Positions 1 to 12,210 are shown, counted from the stretch's first letter. The stretch is DNA of 64,000 nt from Heterodontus francisci (GCF_036365525.1 NC_090419.1:13206001-13270000), one strand, 5' to 3'. Notes: generated by a model not told the origin, from the sequence alone. Program-made: numbers and translations.

Positions 1-657
1 CTCCGAGTACACCTAGACTGGTCACTGGGATCTTTTAGGACGGTTCTTTTCAGGTGGCGTTGAGAATTAATTTAGCTGGCTTTTCTTCGAAGACAGGAGA
101 TGAAATGAATTGACACAGTGGACTTCTCAGGGTCGTTTAGAGAGGTGCTGGAAAGCTGAGCTGGGTTGTGGTCTTCGCTGATTCCTTGGGAACTCTCTTC
201 TCCTTCTGCAGGCTTGATTCTTCAAATATTCAGCGAGGATCTGGTCTCTTCCTCCATGACACATCTTCAGCAGGCTAACTTTATTTCATTCCAGAAGATA
301 AACAATGCCACTACAACCAAAAGCTTGTGAGTTTGCTGCTGCTCCCGGGCTTGTGCAGTCAAGGCGACTGTCACTTCTCTGCCCACATGTTCCTCAGTTA
401 CCAGGGTTTCTGTTCTATTTTTTAACTTGAGTCATGGCACAGCCAATAAACATTGTTGCCAAACCACTTCTTTCAGTGTTCTCTTGACAACCCTCTTGAA
501 ATAAAAACTAGTCCAACATTTCTTCAGTTTGACTGAATTCCTCCAAAGAAATGTTAACAAAAAACAGACGTAACAACGTCTCCCAGAACATTTAAAATAT
601 GAGGAAATACTCAGACTGTTGTTATGCAAGCAGATGTGATGGCCGGTTCCCACACAA
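1..657. mobile_element. Probable LTR-like repeat fragment, truncated by the window edge
   Basis: Composition resembles the solo-LTR-like elements at 4820-5702 and 8533-9614. No TSD can be seen and the right boundary is approximate. Confidence 0.3.
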
Positions 658-1099
658 GTTTCACAAACAGTAATGAGTAGTAGTTAATGGGTTTCGGGTG
701 TTGGTTGAGGGAGGAATGTTGGCCAGGGGAATTTGCTGCTCTTCATCCTATAGTGGAAGGAATACGATCTTTAACATCCACCTGAACAGGTAGATGGGGC
801 TTCAGGTTAATGCCTCATCAGAAGGAAGGCATCTCGGGCAGTGCTGCACTCCCTCAGTTCTGCACTGTAGTGTCCATTTAGAGCTTACGTCACGGGTAGT
901 TGGTGTGTGGGAGGGCTTGTAGCCGCAACTTTTTCACAAGAGGGAGGGTTAACACAAATTGAGCCAAGCCAACATTTGATAAATGCTCATTTCTGTTCCT
1001 TGCAAACTACCAGTCCGTCTCCCACCCCCACCCCCGACTTTCCTCTCCAAAGTCCTTCAATCTGCTGCTTTCTCCCAGATCCATGTTCAACTTTTTCCA

Positions 1100-1500
1100 T
1101 AACTCTCCTTGGAGCAAAGGAGATTGAGGGGAGATTTGATAGAGGTGTATTCGATGATGACAGGTAGACAAAGAAAAGCTGTTCCTGTTAGCTGATGGTA
1201 CGGGGACTAGGGGATACAGATTGAAGGTTTTGGGTCAGAGATGCTGGGAGGTGGGGGGTGGGGGGGGAGGAGGATGCGAGGAAGAACTTACGCAGCGGGT
1301 AGTAATGACAGGGAACTCGCTGCCCACGAGGGTGGTGGAAGCGGAGTCGATGAATTATTTTTAGATGGGAACTTGAGGGAAATAAACCTGCAGGGCTCCG
1401 GGGATAGAGTGGGAGAATGGGACTGACTGGATTGCTGTGCAGAGGGCTGGCATGGACCCAATGGGCCGAATGGCTGCCTTTTCCGCTGTTATGACTCTAA
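1100..1500 (+). mobile_element. CR1-type LINE 3' fragment
   Basis: Resembles elasmobranch CR1 3' ends (ggagattgaggggagatttgatagagg ... atgggccgaatggctgcct). Related pieces recur at 12750-13220, 24615-24850 and 37735-38185. Confidence 0.6.
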
Positions 1501-1569
1501 ATTCCATTTTTTAACCTTTCCAATCAGGTTCCTACCTGTGCCACAGCAATGAAATATCCCCAATCTAAG

Positions 1570-2190
1570 TCACAAATGATATCCTCAATGACCGTTTTGC
1601 ACCTCCCCTCCTCGTCCTCCTCGACCTGTCTGCACCCTTTGACACGGATGAACCACACCATCCTCCTCCAACGCCTCTCCGCTGTCGTCCAGCTGGGTGG
1701 GACTGCACTCACCTGCTTCCATTCTTATCTATCTCACCGTAGCTGGAGAATCGCCTGCAATGGCTTCTCTTCCTGCTCCCACCCCATTACCTCTGGTGTC
1801 CCCCCAAGGATCTATCCTCGCCCCCCCCCCCTATTTCCCATCTACATGCTGTCCCCTCGGCGACATCATCCGAAAGCACAACATCAGGTTCTGATAGGTC
1901 CGCTGATGGCACCCAGCTCGACTTCACCACACCTCTCTCGGCTTCTCCACTGCTTCAGAACTGTCAGACTGTGTGAGCAGAGACTTCCTCCTATTAAATA
2001 TTGGGAAGACTGAAGCGATTGTCTTTGGTCCCTGCCACAAACTCCGTTCCCTCGCCACTGACTCCATCCCTCTCTTTGGCCACGGTCTTCGGCTGAACCA
2101 GACTCTTTGCAATCACAGAATTGTTCAGAGTGGACCCTGAGCTGAGTTTCTGAGCCCATATCATCTCCATCACAAACACGGCCTATTTCA
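1570..2190 (+). mobile_element. Degenerate L2/CR1-group LINE RT fragment
   Basis: Broken RT-like motifs (LDLSAPFDT, SGVPQG-like, LLLNIGKTEAIVFG) with frameshifts. Confidence 0.6.
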
Positions 2191-2543
2191 ATGCTTTAAT
2201 TCACGTTTTTAATTCAGATTCAGTTCCCCATATCTATTTCTCTTGTAAAAACCATGATGGATTCTGCTTCCATCACTATTTCTGGTATAGCATTCGATGT
2301 CCGAACAACTTTTCATATACTGAATTACTAACGAGTGGAAATATTTTGTCCAAATTACTTTACAAACCCGTCAAAACTTTGAACAACCTCATCCGGATCT
2401 TCCTTCTCCTAATTGGGAATCACCAAATTCTCGATGAGTAATCCGTGTTAAATGCACAGATTTAGATGTGCACTGTGTTCCACTTAGTATAACAGCAGTC
2501 AGGTAGTGTGTTAAAGTGAGGAGGAGGGTAATAACCTACTCAC

Positions 2544-2625
2544 CGCTCGAACTGTCCACCACATCCAGAACAGAAGCAGCCGTGACAGCAACAGCCACAA
2601 GCACCCATCTGTAGAAAACTGACAT
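2544..2625 (-). CDS. Signal-peptide exon 1 of a divergently transcribed gene, probably MHC W-category beta chain (WB); the rest lies outside the window
   Basis: ATG at 2625 gives MSVFYRWVLVAVAVTAASVLDVVDSSS+G (82 nt, phase 1) followed by a GTGAGT donor. It has a hydrophobic leader and sits head-to-head 1.4 kb from the WA ATG. The WB identity is inferred from this arrangement only. Confidence 0.7.
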
Positions 2626-4025
2626 CTCGAAAGGACGGTGATGAATCTCCTAGTGGGCCTGAATTACAGGTGAGACTGATTGAATTGAGGAGTCCGCTAA
2701 GACTTGCTTTGAATTCCTGAGACACGCTTCCATTGAGATCACTGACTCCACCCACTGAAGCTTCCAGATCGCAAAAAAAACACACGATTGAAGATTCCGA
2801 TTACACCTGAGGTTTTTCTGACTTTCTCTTCCTCGTGCTTTGCAGAAAAATACATTAAAGGGATAGTTTCTCTTAAAGGGATAGTCTTGTGATAAAGCCA
2901 CTAGTGAGGGCTCAAATTCACACTTGTCGATTGCCTGATGGCCATTATTTATATTCGTGGTGGGGCACTGGTTTGGAGGGTGGGGAGAGGGGGGAGGTGA
3001 GTGATGTTAGTGGAATGTCTTTGGGATCAAGTTGGCCCCTCTGGTGATGAAAGATTGGAGTCGAGTCAGCTTTCTGGGACAGATTCATTAATCTGATATC
3101 TGAGCCAGGCAGTTCCTTAGCTACTCCAGGACACTGTTGGTGACTGACCGACCACTCCGGCTCATTGATGGGGACAGGAAGGGTAGAAGCATCACTGGGG
3201 CTGGGGGTCCTCCCAATGGGCTCCAGACAACCATGCAGGCTGGTGCCCCAATGGGTGGGTTGTTCCTACCTAGACAGGGAACGGAAGGTCAGCAGCGATC
3301 TTTGATGAGAAGCTGCATAGTTTTGCTGTAAATTCCGGACCTTGGAGGCCTCTATGTCCCAGCCCTGCCCATCTGTACCTCATCTGTCTGATCTTGGGTA
3401 AGTGGGGAGCTTCAACCCCAGTCCCGAGTGAGACTGACTCGAGAACACAAAACTGCCCACGTTTCAGGACAATTGGCAATCTCACTCCAACAGCCCACAA
3501 GAAATGACTGGAGTAAGAAATGTTCATCTCAGCAGCGGGCACTCAGGTTAGGTTAGGTTAGAGGGGGTGAGCTACCTAGGAGGGAAGGTTCCTTTTGGTT
3601 TCTGGCACTGTAAACATGTTCGAGAAGACCAGAGGAAATCTCTCTCTCCCTCCCCCCTTTCCCCCCCCACCCCACCCCAACTTCACCAAGGCCACAGACA
3701 GATCTTTACTCCTCCTCTAGACAGGAGAACAGACCTCTTTTTGTGCTATAAATACTGTGTAGAATTTCCCCAGTGTATTTAAACTCACTGTTTCCCGAAC
3801 AACCGGCTTCTGCTCTTGAACCTGTGCCAAGTGACAGAGGAATGATGATTGTAATCAATGCCATTAAAATGACAGGGTTTTAGAAATGTGTTTGGATGGT
3901 GAGATTGAGTTACATCATTGAAACAGAACGGAGTGGTTCGCAGCTGCACCGAGCAATCGTGAACAGAAACGGCTGCATTCACATCACTCGGGTGCTCCTG
4001 GAGAAACAAGAAGTCCTTTCCCAAC
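2626..4025. promoter_or_regulatory. Putative bidirectional promoter interval
   Basis: Lies between two divergent ATGs. Contains an Ets-IRF composite-like GGAAGAGAAAGT (minus, 2821-2832), TATAAATA (~3747-3754) and a kB-like GGGGAAATTC (minus, 3762-3771). Confidence 0.5.
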
Positions 4026-4089
4026 ATGGAACTCTGTGGCTTCCTAATAATCATCGCCTCACTTACTACAGTAACAAGGGCAGCGATCA
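4026..4089 (+). CDS. MHC W-category-like alpha chain (WA), exon 1 (leader)
   Basis: CAACATGG start context; MELCGFLIIIASLTTVTRAAI+A, phase 1, GTGAGT donor. Confidence 0.85.
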
Positions 4090-4819
4090 GTGAGTGTATT
4101 GTGTGGACACATTGGGGATTGGCTTGTGACCTGGTGTGGAGCTTAGATCACAGAATTGATCTTGTAGTGTGCTGGTGCAATCTCTGAGCTGCCCTGCTCT
4201 CTTGCTGGGGAATCTGAGCAAAATGACCTCAAGGAAGATCCAAGTTAAGGCACCTCGGGGTGGGGGGGGGGGGGGGGGGGGAGGTGGGGGGTGGTGCTTG
4301 GGTTCCAATCCAGTCCTGACTGATGGGATGAAAGTCTGAGTATGAGCTGCTAAATTCAGCCTCCAAGAGTGAGTGTCTCATGATTGTGACCTTCAGAGTT
4401 AATGTTTCTGAATTTTTTAAAACTAAACTGCAGAAAAACATGAGCACGGCTCTTTTGAAAATGTGCTCCAATCTTAACTTTTAAAAAAAATTGTGCTTTG
4501 CTCACACTCAGATTTCAGTATGCTAAGTGTTTCAGTCTCTCAGTGAGGTCTCGCACCTACGGAGGATAAATTGTACAGCTCGTGCCTCGGGTGAAAAGCT
4601 TCATGTGACAGAGACACATTTCGGAATTTGAGCGCAGAAATCGGTGCGCGTGGTTTCCAGGCCTGATGATTTGCACAGTGGATCTTACGAGTTAAATGAA
4701 TGGACGGGAAGTTGTGCGAGGTCACGTGTCGAGGCACTGACCTCTGCACACTAATCCCCGATACCCACTCCCCACTGCACAGAGCTCTGGGTCAGGCACG
4801 TTCAGTCATAAAATCTACC

Positions 4820-5702
4820 TGTTACGACCAGGTGAGAAAGGTGTCTAGGGGGTCTTTTACTGTCTTCACCTGGTCTTATTGTAACAGGGTTTGATTTTTA
4901 AACACACTGTGTTTTGAGCTCCTCCCCTTGGTGATTCCTTGTTCAGCACTTTCCAATTATAAGGCAAAGAAATGAGCACACCAGGTTTTCTTAGATTTAA
5001 AGAAGAAAAGTGAAATTTATTAAAACATAAACTCTAATTCGGTTAACGCCTAGGGATATACGACGCGCCCACGCTGGCATGCACACGCGATGCACACTTG
5101 CTAATAGGGACAAAAAAGAGCAGAAGGAAAATAGAGAGGTTTGAGGCAGTCTCTGAAGGGGGTTTCTTGTTACTGTTTCTGTGTTTCCAGCTCACCGTAG
5201 AGTCTTTGATTGTAGACAGCTCTTACTTTTCGTTGGGGCCCAGTATTCTTCTTAAACCTTGTTCACTGTAGGAGACTTTTCTCTCATGGGGTTCATATGG
5301 CTTCAATGGTTTCTGAAGCTGGTGAAAGCGGGATGAGAGCAGACAGGAGAGAGGTCTTTTCCAGTCCAGGAGCGAACAGCTTTCTGAGTTTTAACCCTGT
5401 GGCTAGTCATGTGACTAAACTGGTCTGACCTCGTCTGTTTGTGTATTCGGCCATCTTAGTAGTTAACCTGGAATGCTTCAACGTCTGGTAATCAAAAGTC
5501 CATTGTGGATTAAATTGGAGCAGGGAATTGCTCCTTTGTCCCTTGTTGATATTGAAGTCTGTTGATATGCTAATGTCTCTCTCCAGCCAAAGTCTCCAAC
5601 TGTTTTTTGAAGCAAGTTCTTTTTTCACCAACAGTGTAAAATCAATGTTCATGTGGCAAAATGAATTTTCCTCATTCTTGGCAGGTGGGGGCTCACCTGA
5701 CA
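4820..5702. mobile_element. Solo LTR (Gypsy-like) in WA intron 1
   Basis: TGTTACG...CCTGACA termini with a perfect 4-bp TSD TACC (4816-4819 and 5703-5706). Confidence 0.75.
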
Positions 5703-6230
5703 TACCCCATATTATTCCAAACTGGTTTTATGTAGAACTTGCTTTTCATGTAGCGATGTGATGTACAGTTTCTCAAAACTCCTTCTGTACGTTACTCCTG
5801 ACAGTTCCTCGGGACGGAAATGGTTTCAGTCGGTCACAGGTTTTGGATTTAAGGCTCCCTCCCAGACTTGAGTCCCCAGTACATGCTGAGAGTCTCGCAC
5901 ATTGAAGGGTTGCCGCACTGTCAGATCAAAGATTGAATCCAGGCCCTGTCTACTAGTTTAGCTGGATGTTAAAGATACCATGGCACTATTGGAAGTTTTC
6001 CTATTGTCCGAGCCAACATTCCCTCCTTCAGGCAACAAAAGCAATAAATGGGAACAATGGGTCATTCAGATCACCGTTCTTTTTGTGTTTATTGCCCTTT
6101 ACATTAATTATTTGCATGTGAAAACTTTAGCAATATTTTAGAGAAACATGATAAGATGCAATATAAGTATAAATGTCTAATTTCTCTCTCTCTCTCTCGC
6201 TCTGTTTTCTCCGCCATTTTCCCTGACTAG

Positions 6231-6500
6231 ATGTTGAAACTGTGACTGCAGAGTTGTACTACGGCCACACTCCAGACTCAGAAAGAACCGCGGGCATCTT
6301 CAGCCTAAATTCCATTCCCTTCATGTTCTACGACTACGGAATGCGGAAGTTTGTTTTAAATGGGAATGTGACAGACGGGATAGAGGAACTGGGCCAAGAA
6401 ATAGTGACTTATTTTACAGTGAGGACACGTGGCTTCCAGGAGCAACTGGGAATCATGAGCAAAGAGCTGATAAAGCAGACAGGCACAAGGAGGGTTGGCA
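6231..6500 (+). CDS. WA exon 2 (alpha1 membrane-distal domain)
   Basis: Polypyrimidine tract plus TAG acceptor, 270 nt, phase 1/1, GTAAGT donor. Encodes NVETVTAELYYGHTPDSERTAGIFSLNSIPFMFYDYGMRKFV...ELIKQTGTRRVG, a strand-then-helix pattern with typical MHC exon size. Confidence 0.85.
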
Positions 6501-7987
6501 GTAAGTTGCTCATTGACAGTTTTCAAAGCCACTCCCGGTGGCACCACTGAGCATGAACCTCATTAGTGCTGGCGTTCAGTGATGTGGGGGAGGTGAGACC
6601 CGGGCTCAGGTCCTGTGCTGTTCACAGCCCAAGCTGGGTGGGGGAGGCGGTGGGCAGAGCTCGCTACACCTTCCAGCAGGCTGCAACAGGAAAGGGGAAT
6701 AGAGCTGCCAGGTTTGTCGGTATTGAGAATGATTCGGAGACGGTCGAGCGGAACCTTGTGCCCACGCTGTCCAATCCAGGTGGTCAATTTTAACCCTAGC
6801 CATCCAGCAGAAACTGGGCGGGTAGGAAGCCAAAATGGGACTGGGTGACTTATCGGCTGATCCCACTGTCTTCGAATTTAACCTTCTCCTCTGAGCAGGT
6901 AGTAAAGGCACTCGCCTGAAGCTGGTGGGGTCTTTCAGTGTGCAGTTCGGAGCTCCAGTGAAGCCATTTCCGTAGTTAGTGGGTTCCGAGTGTGCTGTGC
7001 GCCATGTGCTCTCCTGATACAACTGAATGTCCGATGAACTAATTCCATTGTATAACTGAGGTGCTGGGTGGTAGTTTGTGGTGGTCTCACATCTAATTTA
7101 CAGCTCAGAAACAGGCCATTCGGCCCATCTGCTGTGTGCCGGTGTTTCTGCTCTACACAAGCCTCCTCCCACCCCTCGCTCCATCTCCCCGTATCACCAT
7201 AACCCTCTATTCCTCTCTGCATCATGTTTATCCTTAAATACATCGATACTATTCACCTCAACCGCTCCCTGTGGTAGCCAGTTCCACATTCTCACCGCTG
7301 TCCAGCAGTTTGTCCTGAATTCCTTCTTGAGATAATTCGCGACCTCCTTTCATTTATGACCCAAGCCCACCAAGTCTCCTAATGACTGTGTTGCTCGGAG
7401 CATTGACCTCTGGGTTCCTACCAGTTGCACGAGCAGCATTGTGCTCCATGAGGATTTAGCCTTTCCCAACTGGCCAAGCCCACGTCAGCCTTTGGTCTCA
7501 TTGTGTGGAATCGTCACGCTGTGACAGTCAGTGCGTACAGGACACTGGAAGCCCCATGTTGAGTCCAGTGCTCTTGGCGTGCTCTGTGTGAACAGACACA
7601 GGAGTTGAGCACGTCCTCTGACTCACCGGGAGCAACGCCACGGGAGATCGGCGAATTGCACTAACAGTCTTACACCAGGAGAGGGGAGGTGCCAGGGACG
7701 TGGGGTTTAGCATGGGGTACGAAACAAAACCTCGGCTACAGTATCATGGCAAACCTCTACTGTCACATTCTCTTGCCCAACCCTCTCACTTTGCACCTGC
7801 TCTCCCCAGTTTGAAAAGCCCATTGTAAATGCACTCCTCGAACCGTCCCTTTATTCACTGTCCTTACTGCTCTCCCACTTCCTCCTCAGGTCTCCTGGAT
7901 CCCTGTAAAACAAGGGAACATTGTGTTATGTGAAAGTGCTATCGAGGTACATGTCATTATTACAGTTAACTGTTATCTCTGTTACAG

Positions 7988-8269
7988 AAAAGCCAGCTGT
8001 GCACATCTACACTGAGGATAACTACACACCACATCAGTCAAACACCCTGTACTGTTACGCAGAAAAATTCTACCCGCACGAAATCGACATTACCTTCCAA
8101 ATCAATGGGAGGCGATTCACTGGGCTGGTTAATTCATCACAAACAGTGTTTGAGCAGGACTGGACATTTAACATCTTAAAGTACATCAGGATCGATCCAC
8201 ATGATGGGGGCACGTACAGCTGCCAAGTAGCTCATATGAGTCTCGAGAAACCACTGACTGTTTTGTTGG
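7988..8269 (+). CDS. WA exon 3 (alpha2, beta2m-like IgSF C1 domain)
   Basis: 282 nt, phase 1/1. Encodes KKPAVHIY...NTLYCYAEKFYPHEIDITFQING...TVFEQDWTFNILKY...YSCQVAHMSLEKP, with the C1 cysteine pair and a beta2m-type F-x-x-D-W-x-F motif. Confidence 0.92.
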
Positions 8270-8359
8270 GTATGTGACATACCGTAGGTTAGGTGTTAAG
8301 TTACTGTGGACGTCATTTAAAGGATTATAAGAATTCTGCAGAGGATCAGGTGTTTACAC

Positions 8360-8532
8360 CAGAGATTCCCGGGACCCCCTGTAAATACTGACACACTCAC
8401 AGGAATCCCCTTTAAATACTGACACTCCTGGGAAACCCTGCAAATACTGACACTCCTGGGACCCCCTTAAATACTGACACTCCTGGGACCCCCTTAAATA
8501 CTGACACACTTCTGGATGTCCTGTAAATACTG
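8360..8532 (-). repeat. Short array of the ~30-33-bp repeat (reverse orientation), left part
   Basis: Repeated ccctgtaaatactgacacactcc units, the reverse complement of the 33130-35585 array. Confidence 0.85.
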
Positions 8533-9614
8533 ATTACGAACAAGGCGGGAGCAATGCACTGTTAATTCAGTCCCACTTCTCCACGGGTCATGGCATATCA
8601 ATAGATTTTTCCCACCTACCGAAGAGTAGCCAATTAGACTCTATTTGTCCCCCAGAATAAAGCACACCAACCAGATTTCTTTACATAACAAGAACATTAA
8701 CTATTCATTAAAAAAAAGTCTTAACCACTAATGAGATAAATCTATATGGATGAAAGCTCCTTATTTCCCTAGTCCTCATGCACCCACATATACATTCAGA
8801 AAAACTGGTTAACCGGGAAAGGAAAAGGTTTTGGTTTACAGCTGTTTCATACGAATAAAAGGAATAATAAAATAATTCAGTTTGTCACGTACTGGTATGA
8901 AATTCTTCGATTGGGTGAGGTGTCCCAGAGTCGAATAGTCGGATGCCACTCAAAGTCTCTCCAGGCGAGGTTGGGGAACAGTCTGTGATCGATAGGCATT
9001 CGAGGCAATTTAACTATAGCAAGTGTCACATAGGTCTTTCAGCAGGGGTGTAGCAACAGGTCTGCTTAGGACTCACAGCAGCAGTATAGCAGTAGAAGCT
9101 TTCTTCAGGTTCCAGGATTTCCCAAAGCACAGGAGGCAACAGGAACCACATCTGGATTCGGGAATTCTTCAGAGACAGGAGACAATAGGAATCTGCCACC
9201 TTTCAAATACAGGGTTTCTTTTCAAGAATTGCACGTTTCCTTGACAGAGAGAGGTCTATTTCTGGGTCTTCCACTTTGATCCCCAGGCAGCTCAGAAACC
9301 GAATTTCAAATGCCTGCTCTTTGTCCAACTCACTAGCTGTTTAAAGGGACCAAAGTGGAAATAAACCTTCCTGAGCCAGTCAATTGACCAGACACAGAGT
9401 TTCCCTGTCATTCAAAGTGTTGTTCTGAGGAGTTCTAAATCCCTGGATGGTTTTCTTGAAACTACTTGCTCTCCTGTCTTGTATACAAAGTCAACATCCA
9501 AAAGTTTCAGCTGTTTGCAGGTGTCCATGTCCATTGAAAAATCCTTTTTTCATTTTTTTTTATAAAACACACAGAATTCTAAGATTTTAGTACAAATATA
9601 AAACCCTTGTAACA
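8533..9614. mobile_element. Solo-LTR-like element inserted in the 32-bp repeat within WA intron 3
   Basis: Ends in TGTAACA and begins with a degraded (TG)ATTACG. ACTG(A) is duplicated on both sides, and the element splits the repeat array. Confidence 0.55.
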
Positions 9615-9745
9615 ACTGACAATTCCAGGGATCCCCCGTAAATACTGACACTCCTGAGATCCCCTGTAAATGCTGACACACTTCCCGGGGACCCCCTGTA
9701 AATACGGACACACTCCCCGGAGACCCCCTGTAAATACTGATACCC
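9615..9745 (-). repeat. Short array of the ~32-bp repeat (reverse orientation), right part
   Basis: ccccgtaaatactgacactcc units resume after the insertion. Confidence 0.85.
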
Positions 9746-9961
9746 TCTTCACTCAAGACAGACTAAGTAATCACTGGTCCCATCCCTATGTACAAAATGG
9801 CAGCTACATGTACTGACATATTAACAGTCAGTGGACTTCAAATAATTCATTGCATGTGACGCACTCTCAGATCATTCTCAGGCATTGTACCAATGTAAAT
9901 CTTTCTAATTCTGACCATCAGTGAATACCTGATAATTTGCTGCCCTGATTGTATTGAACAG

Positions 9962-10073
9962 ATCAGCCTCCTGCACTGCCCGACGCTGGGACCATTGTCT
10001 GTGCTGTTGGAGTTATTGCAGGAGTTCTCGGCTTGGTGATAACTCTGTACCTGGTGACAAAAATATACAAGAG
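9962..10073 (+). CDS. WA exon 4 (connecting peptide and transmembrane segment)
   Basis: DQPPALPDAGTIVCAVGVIAGVLGLVITLYLVTKIYK carries the class II-alpha-type TM motif T-x-V-C-A-x-G-xxx-G-xx-G. Phase 1/2, GTGAGA donor. Confidence 0.9.
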
Positions 10074-10188
10074 GTGAGATACTTTTCTTTGTTGTGACTG
10101 ATCTGTTCTCTCGTTATCTGAAGGTTCTGGTTTTTTGTTGGAATTTATCAAGCTACGTCTTCAACCTGTTTCATACTTTTGTTTACAG

Positions 10189-10228
10189 ACGAGGAAAGCT
10201 TTGCTCTGAACAGCTCCGCAAACAATAA
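10189..10228 (+). CDS. WA exon 5 (cytoplasmic tail and stop)
   Basis: ttttgtttacAG acceptor, phase 2, RRGKLCSEQLRKQ*. The summed CDS is 768 nt = 255 aa plus stop. Confidence 0.8.
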
Positions 10229-11434
10229 TTTAGTGATCGAGGATGGAAAGGTCACTCGTAAAGGTCAGTCTCGTTAATTCACCAGAAAATTCTATTCATT
10301 TTAACCAAGGTGTTACTGTCAGTCAGACACTCTAGTCAAATAGGATCAGGTGTCTTGGCACACTGAACTTGCCCCTCAAGCAGTGTAAGATAGTGAGGTT
10401 ATTGTAGTTTGACTGAGATATATTCCAAGCAAAAATCACTCATGATTTGTGATGTAGATTAACATCATAAGCAAGGAGAGGAAAAGTTCAGATCCACAGC
10501 ACAACATTACCAAGACATCAACACAATTTATCAATTTCACTCAAAGAAGGTTGGTGTAGAAATTGGAATTATCACAATTTACAGTATTGTTGAGACAGCA
10601 ATAGGTAACTTTTACTCTGTATCTGTAAATCTGAGTTCTTTTTGCCTTCAGTCTGGTTCAGTAAATATACCGAGTCGGATGTGTCGGTAAAATCAATTAC
10701 TTTATTTGCGCAGTCGCCAGCGGACTTACTCTGAGAACAGCGGCACTGACTCCACCAGAGTCTGTCGGGTCCCCCCCCCAGAGTAAGTGAAGTTTGTGAT
10801 ACAGGTACTACATTAAGATTCATGCTACACCTCCTTGTTTAACCAATCAGTGCGGTACAATTCGACTTCACCCACGTGGTGACATGCAGTACATCTGTTA
10901 CTGAGGTTACAATACACTCCATTCTCAATACATACTTGCTACTAATAAAATATTGTTTTGTACCAGCAAGATAAAACAAAGCGGACAAGCAAGCTAATTA
11001 GCAAGAGCATAGGAATCATCAATAACCATGCTGGTCTCACTCCCTACATGGATCATGAGTTCTGCATCCTGCTCTCTCTATTAGGTTTACATTCCTGAGT
11101 GTTTCGTGCAGTCTGCAGCTACAAGTAGTGGCAGTTCATGAAGATAAGAGGGGCCTAGCACTCCTTATCACTCACACAGGGATGGACATCATTTGATTCA
11201 TATGAGTCCATCTGCTTCAAACCACAGGGAGTCATATACTCAGGCCATAAAGAACAGATGTCTTTGCAATTACCAGTGTCGGCTAGTCTTTACAGTCTCA
11301 CACTTTCTGCCTTTACTTTTAACTATTTCATTGTGGTTTCTGCCACTTAAAATCAAAGCTCAGCAAAGCTACTATTCCTAACTTGGCTATATTTCCCATT
11401 AAGCATAGTGCCATGCCTTTCTGCTCACTTCCAC

Positions 11435-11725
11435 ATATCTAACCCCGTGCTGTACCTGCCCTGGGAGTGTTTGATGGGGACAATGTAGAGGGAGCTTTAC
11501 TCTGTATCTAACCCCCGTGCTGTCCCTGCCCTGGGAGTGTTTGATGGGGGACAGTGTAGAGGGAGCTTTACTCTGTATCTAACCCCCGTGCTGTCCCTGT
11601 CCTGGGAGTGTTTGATGGGGACAGTGTAGAGGGAGCTTTACTCTGTATCTAGTCCCGTGCTGTACCTGCCCTGGGAGTGTTTGATGGGGACAGTGTAGAG
11701 GGAGCTTTACTCTGTATCTAACCCT
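11435..11725 (+). repeat. 70-bp tandem repeat, ~4 units
   Basis: Unit gctgtacctgccctgggagtgtttgatggggacagtgtagagggagctttactctgtatctaacccccgt. Confidence 0.95.
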
Positions 11726-11749
11726 AGCAGTGCTCGATTCCAACACCTA

Positions 11750-12210
11750 ACGGCATAGTGGCGCAGTGGGGTTAGCACCACAGACTCACAGTTCCAGCGA
11801 CCCGGGTTCAGTTCTGGGTACTGCCTGTGCGGAGTTTGCAAGTTCTCCCTGTGACTGCGTGGGTTTCCGCCGGGTGCTCCGGTTTCCTCCCACAGCCAAA
11901 GACTTGCAGGTTGATAGATAAATTGGCCATTATAAATTGCCACTAGTGTCGGTAGGTGGTAGGAGAATTGAGGGAAGGTGGGGATGATGTAGGGAGTATT
12001 GGATTAATGCAGGATTACTATAAATGGGTGGTTGATGGTCAGCACAGAGACGGTGGGCCGACTAAAGTAGTTCAAGAAGGCAGCTCACCACCACCTTCTC
12101 AAGGGCAATTGGGGATGGGCAATAAATGCTGGCATAGCTAGTGACGCCCACATCCCATGAATGAATAAAAGAAAGGGTCTGCTTCAGTGCTGTATCTCTA
12201 AAAAAAAAAC
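11750..12210 (+). mobile_element. tRNA-derived V-SINE (HE1-like) with a short internal insertion
   Basis: tRNA-like head, V-domain gggtttccgccgggtgctccggtttcctccca and a CR1-like tail. Confidence 0.8.

Noticed and set aside
7921-8277. Calling this exon beta2-microglobulin (B2M)
   Set aside because: It is flanked by phase-compatible alpha1 and TM exons, which B2M lacks.
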